NCBI GenBank assembly: GCA_947478395.1
Contig: CANJVR010000006.1
Span: 1-64,000, forward strand
Reading direction: 5' to 3'
DNA from: Opitutia bacterium
GTDB taxonomy: Bacteria > Verrucomicrobiota > Verrucomicrobiia > Opitutales > Opitutaceae
DNA length: 64,000 nucleotides
The notes beneath the pieces are model-generated. The model saw nothing but the letters and a program-made list of their open reading frames with translations, ran no database searches and was not told where the DNA came from. Shown one piece after another: positions 51,522 to 61,161 of this stretch; position 1 is the stretch's first letter; each line of letters begins with the position of its first letter. The position numbers were made by a program, and so were the translations under genes.

Positions 51522-51565
51522 GGAAGTTTTGTTGCGCGCCTGTCCGCGGGAATCCACACGAAACT

Positions 51566-53632
51566 ATGCCCCGTTTCCGCCGGCCCACCCGCATTGGGAT
51601 TGTCCTGCTCGTGTTCGTCGCCTCCGCGCTCGCGCAAACTACCGCCGAGCCGCCAGCCGTTTCACTCGGGAAAATCGTCGTCACACCTAGCCGCTACGGC
51701 GTTTCGCACGAGCCCGCGACGGCCGGAGCCGCGCTCACCGCCGCCGATCTCGAAGGCCTGCCGCAGCTGGGCGAGGATTTGTACCGGACGATCGCGCGGC
51801 TCCCCGGACTCGCCGCCGACGACTTCACCGCGAAATTCTGGCTGCGCGGTGCGCCGAACGCCCAGGTTCTCGCGCGCTTCGACGGGGTCGACCTGATCGA
51901 GCCGTTTCATTTGAAGGATATCGATGGCGCGCTCTCGATCGTCGACCTCCAATCGATCAACCGGCTCGATCTCGTCACGGGCGGTTTCACCGCCGAGTAC
52001 GGCGACCGGCTCGCCGGCGTCCTCGCGATGGAAACCAAGGCCGGCGCCAACCTGCCCCAACGCACCTCGCTCGGCCTGAGTCTCACCGGCGTGCGCGCCG
52101 CGAGCCAGGGTGGGTTCGCCGACGACCGCGGTCACTGGCTCGTCAGCGCACGTCGCGGCTATCCCGATCTCGCGCTGAAAGTGCAGGGCCGCGACGACGA
52201 ACTCGATCCGCGCTACTATGATGTCAGCGCGAAGGTCGAATACGCGCCCAGCCTAAATCACACGTTCTCCCTGCACGCGCTCCACGCCGGCGACACCCTC
52301 ACGTTTCATAAAACCAACGATCCCGATTTAAAAAGCAGCTACGACAGCGACTACGCGTGGGGGCGTTGGCAGGGCCGGTTCGGTGAAAATCTATCCGGTG
52401 AAGCCGTCCTCGCTTACACTCACCTCGACTGGCACCGGCGCGGCCTCGGATTCTACGACCAACGCTTCGCGCTCGATCTCCGCGACGACCGCGACCTCGA
52501 GCTCCTGACGCTGCGCCAGGATTGGTCCCTCCTCCTCGCCGACACGGCTCTCGTCCGCGGCGGCCTCGACATGCAATCGGCGTCGGCCAGTTACCGCTAC
52601 GATCTTGAACGCGACGAATCCGTGGTCGCCGGAGGCGTGCAGTCCACCGTCCACCGCCGGCTCCACACGGCCCTCGCGCCGCGCCGCGACCCCGCCGGTG
52701 CCTACGCGGCGCTGCGCCTGCAGCCGCTGTCCGCACTCGTGGTGGAACCGAGCCTGCGTGTTGATCGCCGTGATGCCGCGGGTAACGCCGATATCAGCCC
52801 GCGCTTCAACGCCGTGCTTACGCTCGGCCGCACCACCTTTCGCGCGGCGTGGGGCGTCTACCGCCAGGCGCAAGGCCTGCATGAACTGGCCGTCGAGGAC
52901 GGCGACGCGAGCTTCCATCGCGCCGAGCAAGCCGAACACCGCGTCCTCGGACTTGAGCAACGACTGCCCGCGGGCCTGGCCCTGCGCGTGGAGGCCTACG
53001 AGCGTCGCTCGTCGCACCTTCGTCCGCATTGGGAAAACTTGGACAACGTGTACGATCTTTTCCCCGAGGTGCAATCCGATCGCACGCGGTTCGATCCGAG
53101 TGCCGGCACGGCGCGTGGCGTCGAGGTGTTGCTCCAGCAGCGCATCGGCCAGCGTTTCAACTGGAACGCCAGCTATGCGCTCGCGCGCGCCGAGGAGAAT
53201 GTCGCCGGCCGCGCCGTCCCCCGCGCACGCGACCAGCGGCATACATTCTACGCCGATGCCAGCTATGCTCCGTCGCCCGTCTGGCGTTTCAGCGCTGCGT
53301 GGCAATTTCACACCGGCTGGCCCACGACGCCCTTTAGCTACAGCCTGGTCACGCTCACCAACGGCCGCCGCGTTACCGTGCGTTCCGCTGGTCCCGCCTA
53401 CAGCGCACGCCTGCCCGATTACCACCGGCTCGACCTGCGCGCGACGCGACTTTGGAAACTCAAGCGCAGCGAAATCCGCGCGTACCTCGATGTCTTCAAC
53501 GCCTACGACCACGTCAACTCGTACGGCAACATCCGGGACGTCACCGTGCAGGGCACCCAGCTCACCGTCAGCCCACGCTCACGCGAGCTGCTGCCGTTTC
53601 TCCCCAGCGTCGGCGCCACGTGGGATTTCTGA
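51566..53632 (+). CDS. TonB-dependent receptor
   Basis: Signal peptide, IVVT TonB-box-like, plug GGFTAEYGDRLAGVL, terminal aromatic WDF. Confidence 0.9.
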   Translation: MPRFRRPTRIGIVLLVFVASALAQTTAEPPAVSLGKIVVTPSRYGVSHEPATAGAALTAADLEGLPQLGEDLYRTIARLPGLAADDFTAKFWLRGAPNAQVLARFDGVDLIEPFHLKDIDGALSIVDLQSINRLDLVTGGFTAEYGDRLAGVLAMETKAGANLPQRTSLGLSLTGVRAASQGGFADDRGHWLVSARRGYPDLALKVQGRDDELDPRYYDVSAKVEYAPSLNHTFSLHALHAGDTLTFHKTNDPDLKSSYDSDYAWGRWQGRFGENLSGEAVLAYTHLDWHRRGLGFYDQRFALDLRDDRDLELLTLRQDWSLLLADTALVRGGLDMQSASASYRYDLERDESVVAGGVQSTVHRRLHTALAPRRDPAGAYAALRLQPLSALVVEPSLRVDRRDAAGNADISPRFNAVLTLGRTTFRAAWGVYRQAQGLHELAVEDGDASFHRAEQAEHRVLGLEQRLPAGLALRVEAYERRSSHLRPHWENLDNVYDLFPEVQSDRTRFDPSAGTARGVEVLLQQRIGQRFNWNASYALARAEENVAGRAVPRARDQRHTFYADASYAPSPVWRFSAAWQFHTGWPTTPFSYSLVTLTNGRRVTVRSAGPAYSARLPDYHRLDLRATRLWKLKRSEIRAYLDVFNAYDHVNSYGNIRDVTVQGTQLTVSPRSRELLPFLPSVGATWDF

Positions 53633-53887
53633 AATAACCATTAAGCCGGAAAAATGAATGCGACATCCCTCGGCGAAGAATCGGTCAAGAGATGGCGCGG
53701 GCTGGCCCCAGCACGCTTGGCCGGACGAGCGCAAAAAACAGCTACGCGTTAGCCCCGCTCGAATCCGGCCACCGCTAGCCGAGGCTCGCCACCAACCACT
53801 CCGCCGGCGACCACGGCTCCAGTCCCAAACTCCGGAAAAAACCGGGGTGCATCGCTGCTTTTTTCGCCACGTTGGCGTGTGAACGGG

Positions 53888-56128
53888 CTAAGCCAAGTTC
53901 ACCGGATCGACGTCCAAGACTTGCGTTAAATCATCTGGCCAGGCGAATCCGTCGCGCAGCTGGGAGAGTTCCCCGATGATCTTCGTAACGCCTTCGACAA
54001 AGTACCAGAGCTGCCAGCGGTACTCGTCTTTTATTTTCTCAATCGGACACGGCGCCGGTCCCCGCAACTCGACGCGAGTGCCGAAGGTCTTCTCCACGAG
54101 CTTCGCCCACTGCTCGGCGAAGAATTTCAACTTCTCCGGATTCGGGCCGCGGAAGAGATGATGAATGAGATGGCGATAAGGCGGGTAGTGAAAATCCCGC
54201 CGCAGTTTCAACTCCGCCGCCGCAAAGCCCGCGAAGTCAGCGTGCCGCGAAAACTGGATCGCCTCCGCCTGCGGCGTGAACGTCTGCACGATCACCTCCC
54301 CGGCCCGATCGCCGCGGCCGGCGCGTCCCGCCACTTGCACGAGCAGCTGGAACGTGCGCTCGTTCGCCCGGAAATCCGGAATGTGCATGGAGATGTCGGC
54401 GTCGATCAAGCCGACGAGCGTCACATTGGGGAAATCGAGACCTTTGCCGATCATTTGCGTGCCGATCAGGATGTCGATTTTACCGATCCGAAAATCGCTC
54501 AGGATTTCCCGGAAACGATTTTTCTTCGTCATCGTGTCGGTGTCCATGCGCTCGATCCGTGCCCGCGGCACCACGCGGCGCACCGCCTCCTCGACCCGCT
54601 GCGTGCCGAGTCCCCGCCAGCGAATCTCGGGTGCGCCGCACGCGGGACAACGCACCGGCGCCGCCCGCTGGGCGGCGCACAAATGACAGCGGAGCGTTTC
54701 ATCGCTCCGGTGATAGGTCATCGTAATCGAACAATGCACGCACTCCTCGGAGTGGCCGCATTTCGTGCACAGCATCGACGAAGAATAGCCGCGGCGGTTA
54801 ATGAAAAGGATGGCCTGCTCGCGTCGTTCGAGGCGCGCGTGCATCGCATCGACGAGTTTCCGCGAGAGCGTGGTCAAACCGCGCTGACGCATGACTTCGA
54901 TTTTCATGTCGACGACGTCGATGTGCGGCAGCTTCCGATCGTCGACGCGCTGCTTGAGTTCGAGCAGCTGGTAACGGCCCGCCTGAGCATTCACGAAACT
55001 CTCGAGCGACGGCGTGGCCGAACCGAGCAGGCACAACGCACCATTCAATTTCGCCCGCATCACCGCCACGTCGCGTCCGTGATAGCGCGGTGTTTCGTCC
55101 TGCTTGTAAGCCGGCTCGTGCTCTTCATCGACCACGATCAATTTCAGGTTTTGCACCGGCGCAAAAATCGCGGAGCGGGCGCCGACGACCACGCGTGCCT
55201 CACCGGTCGCCAACGCGAGCCAGCCGTCGAGCCGCTCGCCTTCGCTCAGGTGGCTGTGCCAGACGACGCACTTGTGATCGGGCGCAATCGCTTCGAGTCG
55301 CGACCGTAACCGGGCCACGGTCTGCGGCGTGAGCGCGACCTCGGGCACGAGGAAGACCACGCCACCGCCGGACTTCAGCGCGGTATCGATCGCCCGCAGA
55401 TAAACCTCGGTTTTGCCCGAACCCGTGACGCCGTGCAGCAGCGACACGCCGAATTTTCCGCCGGCCAGTTGCGCGGTGATGGCCGTGACGACGCTCTGCT
55501 GCTCGGGATTGAGTTTATGAGGTTGCGAGGCGACCAATTCGCCGTGGGTGGCCGCACTTTCAGGGTAAGCAATGCGCTCGACGCGCTCAGCGGTCTCAAG
55601 GACCACGCCCCGTTTCACGAGCGCCGTTGCGACGGCCGCGGTGATATCGAGCCGGGAAAGCACCAATGATTTTTTCTGCGGCCGGAATTGTTGCGCGAGG
55701 AATTCGTAGAGTCGCGCCTGCTGCGGCGCGCGTTTCGTGAGCACGGCGAGGTCCGCTTCGTTCAATCGCTGGATGACGGAAAGCAGTTTCTCCTGTTTGA
55801 GGCTCGCGCCGTTTCTCACCGCCGCGGGAATCATGGTCTCGATGATGCTGTCGAGTCCGCAGGCGTAATACCCGGCCATCCAGCGCGCGAGCCCGAGCAA
55901 GTCGGGCGGCAGCGCGGGAAACGGATGCAGGACCTGCGCAACTGCCTTCAAGCGATCGAGGGGAAAATCCTTCGGCGCGCCAATCTCGCCGATGACGCCG
56001 AGGCACAACGTGCGACCGAGCGGCACGCGGACGAGCGATCCCACGCCTGCATCCGCGCGCAGCGACTCCGGCACTTTATAGTGCAGGAGTTTGTCGAAGC
56101 CCGCGAGGGGGTGAACGCCTACGATCAT
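53888..56128 (-). CDS. priA: Primosomal protein N'
   Basis: GVTGSGKTEVY, DEEHE, NRRGY, four CxxC pairs, GTQMIGKGLDFPNV, QVAGRAGR. Confidence 0.97.
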   Translation of the reverse strand: MIVGVHPLAGFDKLLHYKVPESLRADAGVGSLVRVPLGRTLCLGVIGEIGAPKDFPLDRLKAVAQVLHPFPALPPDLLGLARWMAGYYACGLDSIIETMIPAAVRNGASLKQEKLLSVIQRLNEADLAVLTKRAPQQARLYEFLAQQFRPQKKSLVLSRLDITAAVATALVKRGVVLETAERVERIAYPESAATHGELVASQPHKLNPEQQSVVTAITAQLAGGKFGVSLLHGVTGSGKTEVYLRAIDTALKSGGGVVFLVPEVALTPQTVARLRSRLEAIAPDHKCVVWHSHLSEGERLDGWLALATGEARVVVGARSAIFAPVQNLKLIVVDEEHEPAYKQDETPRYHGRDVAVMRAKLNGALCLLGSATPSLESFVNAQAGRYQLLELKQRVDDRKLPHIDVVDMKIEVMRQRGLTTLSRKLVDAMHARLERREQAILFINRRGYSSSMLCTKCGHSEECVHCSITMTYHRSDETLRCHLCAAQRAAPVRCPACGAPEIRWRGLGTQRVEEAVRRVVPRARIERMDTDTMTKKNRFREILSDFRIGKIDILIGTQMIGKGLDFPNVTLVGLIDADISMHIPDFRANERTFQLLVQVAGRAGRGDRAGEVIVQTFTPQAEAIQFSRHADFAGFAAAELKLRRDFHYPPYRHLIHHLFRGPNPEKLKFFAEQWAKLVEKTFGTRVELRGPAPCPIEKIKDEYRWQLWYFVEGVTKIIGELSQLRDGFAWPDDLTQVLDVDPVNLA

Positions 56129-56239
56129 CAAGCGCCACACTGGAAGGCGCGGCGGCCCGCCGGCAATCCCGGCGTTGTAGTAGCGCAAAAGCTTTAGCCC
56201 GCGTTCCGGGATCGAATGGTTTGCTTTCGGAACGCGAGG

Positions 56240-56376
56240 TGAAGCGGATTAAGCTTTTCACGGCCTTTTTGGGTAGCGGCGGGCGTCCCTGCCTGCCGTT
56301 CAGCGTCCCCGTTTCGGCAGGCAGGGACGCCTGCCGCTACGGCACTGCGGATACGCTTTTGGTTAAACCGCTCTAA
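56240..56376. repeat. REP/MITE-like family A, copy 4 (best preserved)
   Basis: 26-bp arms 56273-56298 / 56315-56340 (one mismatch); end GGTTAAACCGCTCTAA. Confidence 0.9.
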
Positions 56377-56394
56377 AGCACCGAGCTGCCTCGC

Positions 56395-57111
56395 TCACCG
56401 AAACTCAGCCCAGCTCCCGATCGCTCGCACCCCGGCGGGCGTGGGCGCCACGCGCAGCCGGGTTTTCCCCCGGTGAAAATGGATGACCTGCATGCCAAGC
56501 GCCCGGGGCGTTTCGACGTCGAGATCGATGCGATCCCCAATGAAAATCACCCGCCCCGCGTCGGAGCGGGTGAGCCCGGCTTGCTGCAACGCTTCGTCGA
56601 AAATCGCGGTATGCGGTTTCCGGAATCCGAAACGCGCGCTGTCGACCACGAAACGGAAATGTTCCCGCAGGCCGAATCGCGCTAGAAAACGTTCGGGAGC
56701 GTCGGGCAGGAAAAAATTGGAAACCACGCCGATAGGTTTGCGCGCCGACCAATGGGCCAGCATCGCCGCTACGTCGGGCGTGGGCCGCAACAAGCGATCG
56801 TACTCTTCCGCCCAAATACGGGTCATCGCGGTCACCAAGCGCGCCTGCTCAGCCGCGTCCGGCGAAACTTTCGTGCTCACCGCAATGGTCCGTTGCAGGC
56901 GCTCCGTTAAAACCATTTCGCGACCCTGCGCGTAGGCCTCGCCGCGGCAGCCCTGATAAGCGGCCACGAATTCCTCGCGCGTGGCAAAGAGGCCGTGGTC
57001 CACCGCGAAAGCGGGTAACGAACAAAGACCGTGCTCCTCCCCCGCTTCATCGAAGTCGTCGATCAGCGTGTTGAAGCAGTCGAAAAAAATCCAATCGAAG
57101 GTCTCCGCCAT
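56395..57111 (-). CDS. HAD-family hydrolase
   Basis: FFDCFNTL, VVSN, RKP, IGDRIDLD. Confidence 0.88.
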   Translation of the reverse strand: MAETFDWIFFDCFNTLIDDFDEAGEEHGLCSLPAFAVDHGLFATREEFVAAYQGCRGEAYAQGREMVLTERLQRTIAVSTKVSPDAAEQARLVTAMTRIWAEEYDRLLRPTPDVAAMLAHWSARKPIGVVSNFFLPDAPERFLARFGLREHFRFVVDSARFGFRKPHTAIFDEALQQAGLTRSDAGRVIFIGDRIDLDVETPRALGMQVIHFHRGKTRLRVAPTPAGVRAIGSWAEFR

Positions 57112-57247
57112 ACAATTTCAGCGGTGCAAAATCAGGCGCGAAGACCCAAAGGGCGCAAAGATTCGACAAGGCGGACGATAACGCGGGGTTTCTCTAAATT
57201 ACGCACTTCTTTGCCCCTTTGTTTTTAATGCCGAAACCAGGCGCGGT

Positions 57248-57622
57248 TTAACTAGCCGGCTTCAGTTGCGCGAGCAGCGCCACGAATTCGGGGTGGGCTT
57301 TTAGCGGTTCAAGATCGGGATCCTGCTCCATCCATTCGAAATCGCGGTAGCCGAGTGTCACCGCCTGCCGCAGCGTCCGCAAGGCATCGGCTTTGCGCCG
57401 GCTCAAGACAAGGCTGCACGCCAGATTGTAATGCGCAGTGGCGTTGGCCGGCTGAAGTCGCACGAGCTTGCGGTCCATTTTCAGTCCGTCAGCCACCCGG
57501 CCGTGTTTCGTGTAGAGCCCGCCTAAAATTTCCACCACCTCGGCATAATCGGGATCACGGCGCAGGACGTCCTCGAAGAACTTGATCTCGAACGAAGGGT
57601 CGGAGCCTTTTGCTTTGGGCAT
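57248..57622 (-). CDS. TPR-containing protein
   Basis: AHYNLACSL, MEQDPDLEPL TPR-end motif. Confidence 0.82.
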   Translation of the reverse strand: MPKAKGSDPSFEIKFFEDVLRRDPDYAEVVEILGGLYTKHGRVADGLKMDRKLVRLQPANATAHYNLACSLVLSRRKADALRTLRQAVTLGYRDFEWMEQDPDLEPLKAHPEFVALLAQLKPAS

Positions 57623-57636
57623 CGTTGCAGCGAAAA

Positions 57637-58101
57637 CTAACTGCGGCGCGGGCACGATCCGGTGGCCCGAAACGAGTCACAGTGGGCCGTGACTTGCAGC
57701 CGTTGCGACACCGGCGTGAGGCCCAACTTGGACGAAACAGTGCTGCCGTACCACTCCATGAAAGGAGCTCCGATCTCGAAAATCTTGTCGCAGTCGAGAC
57801 AGACAACCTGGGCGACCTGCGAGGTCGAGCTGCCGGCGTTGGGGCGGTAAAATTTTTCGCCGGAGCCGATATCGACTTCGCGCAACAGCGCGCTCTCGGT
57901 CATGATCGGCAGGGTGCGATAAACGGTAGCCCGGGAAACGGAATCATCAATCGCACGCGCAAAATCGAGCAGCTGCTCCGCGGTGAAATGTTCCGTTTGC
58001 GAATACGCCGCATCGAAAATGGCGAGGCGTTGCTTGGTGTCGCGCAGGCCTTTCGTAGTGAGAAAAAGACGGAATCGTTCGCGCGCGACGGGGATGCTCA
58101 C
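57637..58101 (-). CDS. Fur-family transcriptional regulator (atypical)
   Basis: [29 protein letters not shown]. Confidence 0.88.
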   Translation of the reverse strand: MSIPVARERFRLFLTTKGLRDTKQRLAIFDAAYSQTEHFTAEQLLDFARAIDDSVSRATVYRTLPIMTESALLREVDIGSGEKFYRPNAGSSTSQVAQVVCLDCDKIFEIGAPFMEWYGSTVSSKLGLTPVSQRLQVTAHCDSFRATGSCPRRS

Positions 58102-58153
58102 GGGCTGAACTTCGTGAATTCGACGCACGCCTGTCAACTCCGCCGAAGGCTCT

Positions 58154-58242
58154 TTGGGAGCGCGGCCGCCCCCGGCCGCTACCCGACAACGCGGCCGAGG
58201 GCGGCCGCGCTCCCAAGCGGGTTGAGGGTACCCCGCCTACAA
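58154..58242. repeat. GGGAG-type palindrome abutting a half family-B REP
   Basis: 17-bp perfect arms TTGGGAGCGCGGCCGCC / GGCGGCCGCGCTCCCAA, then GCGGGTTGAGGGTACCCCGCCTACA. Confidence 0.85.
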
Positions 58243-58272
58243 TTTTTCATCCCGCGATTCGCGGCGCTGCCC

Positions 58273-59307
58273 TCATTTCACCCCGAAGACCAGCTGCAGC
58301 ATCGTCTCAAGATCCTTCCCTACGCTCCACGCCCCGCGCCGGGCCACGGCGATGCTTTTCGAACGTTGGGCTTTGAGCAACGCGGCGTCGGCATCGACGA
58401 TCGCCGGTTGCAACGGGCCCAGCCCGGCGACATCAGCGGCGGTCAGCGGCGTCCAGGAAAACGGCAAGCCGGTCCAGCTGCATTTGATCTCCCAGCCCGC
58501 CACCAGCCCAAACGGCACCTCGCGAGTCATCAAAGCCGGATACCGCGTGATAAAATCCGGCGCTCGAAGCGTCGCGACGCGCACGCGAACCACCGGCTTC
58601 AGCTGCGCTAGGTACTCGGCGACGTTGTTCACGCGCTTCGCCTTCCACTGATCCAGAAAATCGAGCGGATCGAATCCCATCAAATTCATGCCGTTCCACG
58701 GACCGTGATCATTCGCGCTGCCGAATTTGCGCCGGTCGTACCACGTCTGAAAATCGCGCGTCATCATCAGGCCGATTTCAAAATGTAGATGCGCCCGGTC
58801 CTTCGGAATGCTGTACCCGCCGGAACTGTGGCCCATCGTTGCGATGACCTGCCCGCGCGTCACGCGTTCTCCCGCCCGAATTCCCGGCGCGATGCGGGCC
58901 AGGTGCGCGTAAAGGGTGTAGACCGCGGGAGTCGAGTCGGGGTGTTCGAGCACGATGTACCGCCCGTAATTGCTGTCGCCCGCCGAGCTACTGACGTGCC
59001 GCACGATGCCATTCATCGCCGCGAAAATATCGTCCATGGGTTCGCCCTGCCGGTCCCGTTTCACCGGCGCGATGTCGATGCCTTCGTGAAATTGCGCGCC
59101 GCTGCTGCGCACACCACCAAAACCGCCCGACGCAGGATCGCCCGAACCGGCATGCTGCAAGAATACGGCGGCAGGTTTGCCGTCCGCCCAAGCCGGATTC
59201 GGTGTCGGCCAGGCGATTTCGAGCCGCTCGGCTGCAGCCGCATGCGAAATAGCGAGCCCCGTGAATGCGGCGAATGCGAAGAACCGAGCCACAGATTTCA
59301 TCGTCAT
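58273..59307 (-). CDS. M23 family metallopeptidase
   Basis: Signal peptide; HEGID, YAHL, HLHFE. Confidence 0.93.
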   Translation of the reverse strand: MTMKSVARFFAFAAFTGLAISHAAAAERLEIAWPTPNPAWADGKPAAVFLQHAGSGDPASGGFGGVRSSGAQFHEGIDIAPVKRDRQGEPMDDIFAAMNGIVRHVSSSAGDSNYGRYIVLEHPDSTPAVYTLYAHLARIAPGIRAGERVTRGQVIATMGHSSGGYSIPKDRAHLHFEIGLMMTRDFQTWYDRRKFGSANDHGPWNGMNLMGFDPLDFLDQWKAKRVNNVAEYLAQLKPVVRVRVATLRAPDFITRYPALMTREVPFGLVAGWEIKCSWTGLPFSWTPLTAADVAGLGPLQPAIVDADAALLKAQRSKSIAVARRGAWSVGKDLETMLQLVFGVK

Positions 59308-59804
59308 TTTTTTGCCTGCTCCCGTTGGATTTCAGCCGAGGTTTTTTTCAAATCGTGCACCAGCCGTGGCAGTTCCGGGTCGGGCACCTCGGCAAAAATA
59401 AAAATCGTCCCGTCCGCCATCGCACCATCGATGCGCCGGGCGCCGAGCGGCCGGTCGTTCACCGTGAGCACCAGGCGCCGGCCCTGATTGGCCACACTCA
59501 ACCGATAAAGATCGCGAGCCGCGGCCGGCGTAACCTGCAACATCAGACACGGCCCGAGCTCCACCCGCGCTTCATCGGCATTGATGAAGTCCGCCTCGGT
59601 GAAAACAGCTTTGGACCCAATTGAAATCGTCGTACCGCTCTTGGGCAGCACCACCGCAGGGCCGCTGTTGTCCGGCGATTCGATGTAGAGCCGCGCCGCA
59701 GCCAGGGAAAAATCGCGCGCTACCGCGGGCGATTTACAGCCGGCCAATCCAAGGACGCCGACGCTGAACAGCAGTGCGCACCAAAAAATGCATTTCGAGA
59801 ACAT
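59304..59804 (-). CDS. Lipoprotein (SecDF P1 head-like domain suspected)
   Basis: Lipobox LAGC; LSVANQGRRLVLTVND pattern; ATGA coupling to M23 gene. Confidence 0.7.
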   Translation of the reverse strand: MFSKCIFWCALLFSVGVLGLAGCKSPAVARDFSLAAARLYIESPDNSGPAVVLPKSGTTISIGSKAVFTEADFINADEARVELGPCLMLQVTPAAARDLYRLSVANQGRRLVLTVNDRPLGARRIDGAMADGTIFIFAEVPDPELPRLVHDLKKTSAEIQREQAKK

Positions 59805-59814
59805 CGGGCTGACG

Positions 59815-59905
59815 GTCGAGCGCGCTATCCCTACCGCGCCGCTGAAATTCAGCTCACCTCGCGAGCGGCGCCAAACCGGCGCGTTGCGGATAACGCGCCC
59901 TCCCC
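59815..59905. repeat. REP family C, degenerate copy
   Basis: Similar to 14783-14872 over both arms and loop (CAGCTCAC, GAGCG). Confidence 0.75.
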
Positions 59906-59929
59906 TTTCGAGACGCGCATCACGTTCCC

Positions 59930-61117
59930 TCATACGGAAACCGTCTCCGACTCGAACGCCGCCATGATTTCAGCGCCGACCGTATCGGCCAGCAAACGTC
60001 CGCGGTTCGTCAACCGAATCACCGTGCCATCGCGCTCCGCCAATCCTTCGATCGCGAGGCGATCGAGCAGCGCCTCCACATCCGTCCACGGCGCGGCGGG
60101 CGCGCGCCCGCGCCACGTTGCGAGATCGACGCCTGCGTTCATGCGCAAACCAAACACGAGCGCGTCCTCGGCGAGCAGCGCCGGCGTCAGTGCCACCCGA
60201 TCCTCGGTCAGCCGCTCGCCGCGCGCCACCTGCGCCCGCCATTGCGTGAGGTCGGCGACGTTCGCCCCTCGCCAGCCCGCGTGCTGCGAAGCCGCGGATG
60301 GACCGAGGCCGATCCATTCGTGCATGTGCCAGGTATTTAAATTGTGCCGACAAGCGTGGCCGGGGCGGGCGAAGTTCGACACTTCATATTGCCCATAGCC
60401 GAGCTCCGCTAGCTGCGCCCACGTCGACTCGTAAAGCTGGGCTTCGCGCTCGGCGTCCAGTTTCACTTTGCCCTGCGAAAGCTTCACCCAAAGCGCGGTG
60501 TCTTCCTCAAACGTGAGGCAATAGGTCGAAAGATGATCCGGCGCGAGCGCCACGGCCGCCTGAATGTCTTCGCGCCACGTCGCTTCGTCCTGACCGGGCA
60601 GCGCGAACATCAAATCGAGGTTAACGCTCGGAAAATTCGCGGCGCGAATGCGTTCGTGGGCGCGGTAAATCTGTTCGCGCGTGTGCTGCCGCCCCAGGCC
60701 CTCGAGCAGCGTCGGAGAAAAACTTTGTACGCCGAGCGAAATACGCGTGACGCCGATGGCCTTGAACGCGGCGAGACGCTCGGTCGTCACCGATGCCGGC
60801 GCGAGCTCCACGGTCCACTCCTGCGGTTCGCCCGTAAATCGCGCGCGAACCGTGGCACCCAGCCGCTCGATTTGCGCCGGCGCGAGCAGGCCGGGCGTCC
60901 CGCCGCCCCAGAAAACCGTCGTAACCGGTCGCGGCCACTCGACGAGTCTGGCCTCTTCCGCGATCCCATCAAGGAACCCGCCCACGCCTTCTGCGGTCGG
61001 CGTGGTCTGATAGAACGCGCAGAAATCGCAGGTCGAAGCGCAGAACGGCACATGCACATACAGGCCGAGCGGCGGTGCGGCCGAAGCTTTGGCTTGCTCT
61101 GTGTTAAAGCCGCTCAT
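59930..61117 (-). CDS. hemW: Radical SAM heme chaperone HemW
   Basis: LYVHVPFCASTCDFCAF, GGGTP, SLGVQSF, YEVSNFA, HNLN. Confidence 0.9.
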   Translation of the reverse strand: MSGFNTEQAKASAAPPLGLYVHVPFCASTCDFCAFYQTTPTAEGVGGFLDGIAEEARLVEWPRPVTTVFWGGGTPGLLAPAQIERLGATVRARFTGEPQEWTVELAPASVTTERLAAFKAIGVTRISLGVQSFSPTLLEGLGRQHTREQIYRAHERIRAANFPSVNLDLMFALPGQDEATWREDIQAAVALAPDHLSTYCLTFEEDTALWVKLSQGKVKLDAEREAQLYESTWAQLAELGYGQYEVSNFARPGHACRHNLNTWHMHEWIGLGPSAASQHAGWRGANVADLTQWRAQVARGERLTEDRVALTPALLAEDALVFGLRMNAGVDLATWRGRAPAAPWTDVEALLDRLAIEGLAERDGTVIRLTNRGRLLADTVGAEIMAAFESETVSV

Positions 61118-61161
61118 TACTAACCTTTTTTATTCCGTCGGTTTTTCACTCTCAAAACCCA

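Noticed and set aside
53633..53887. Small ORF or RNA between the TonB receptor and priA
   Set aside because: No supporting motif or clear structure
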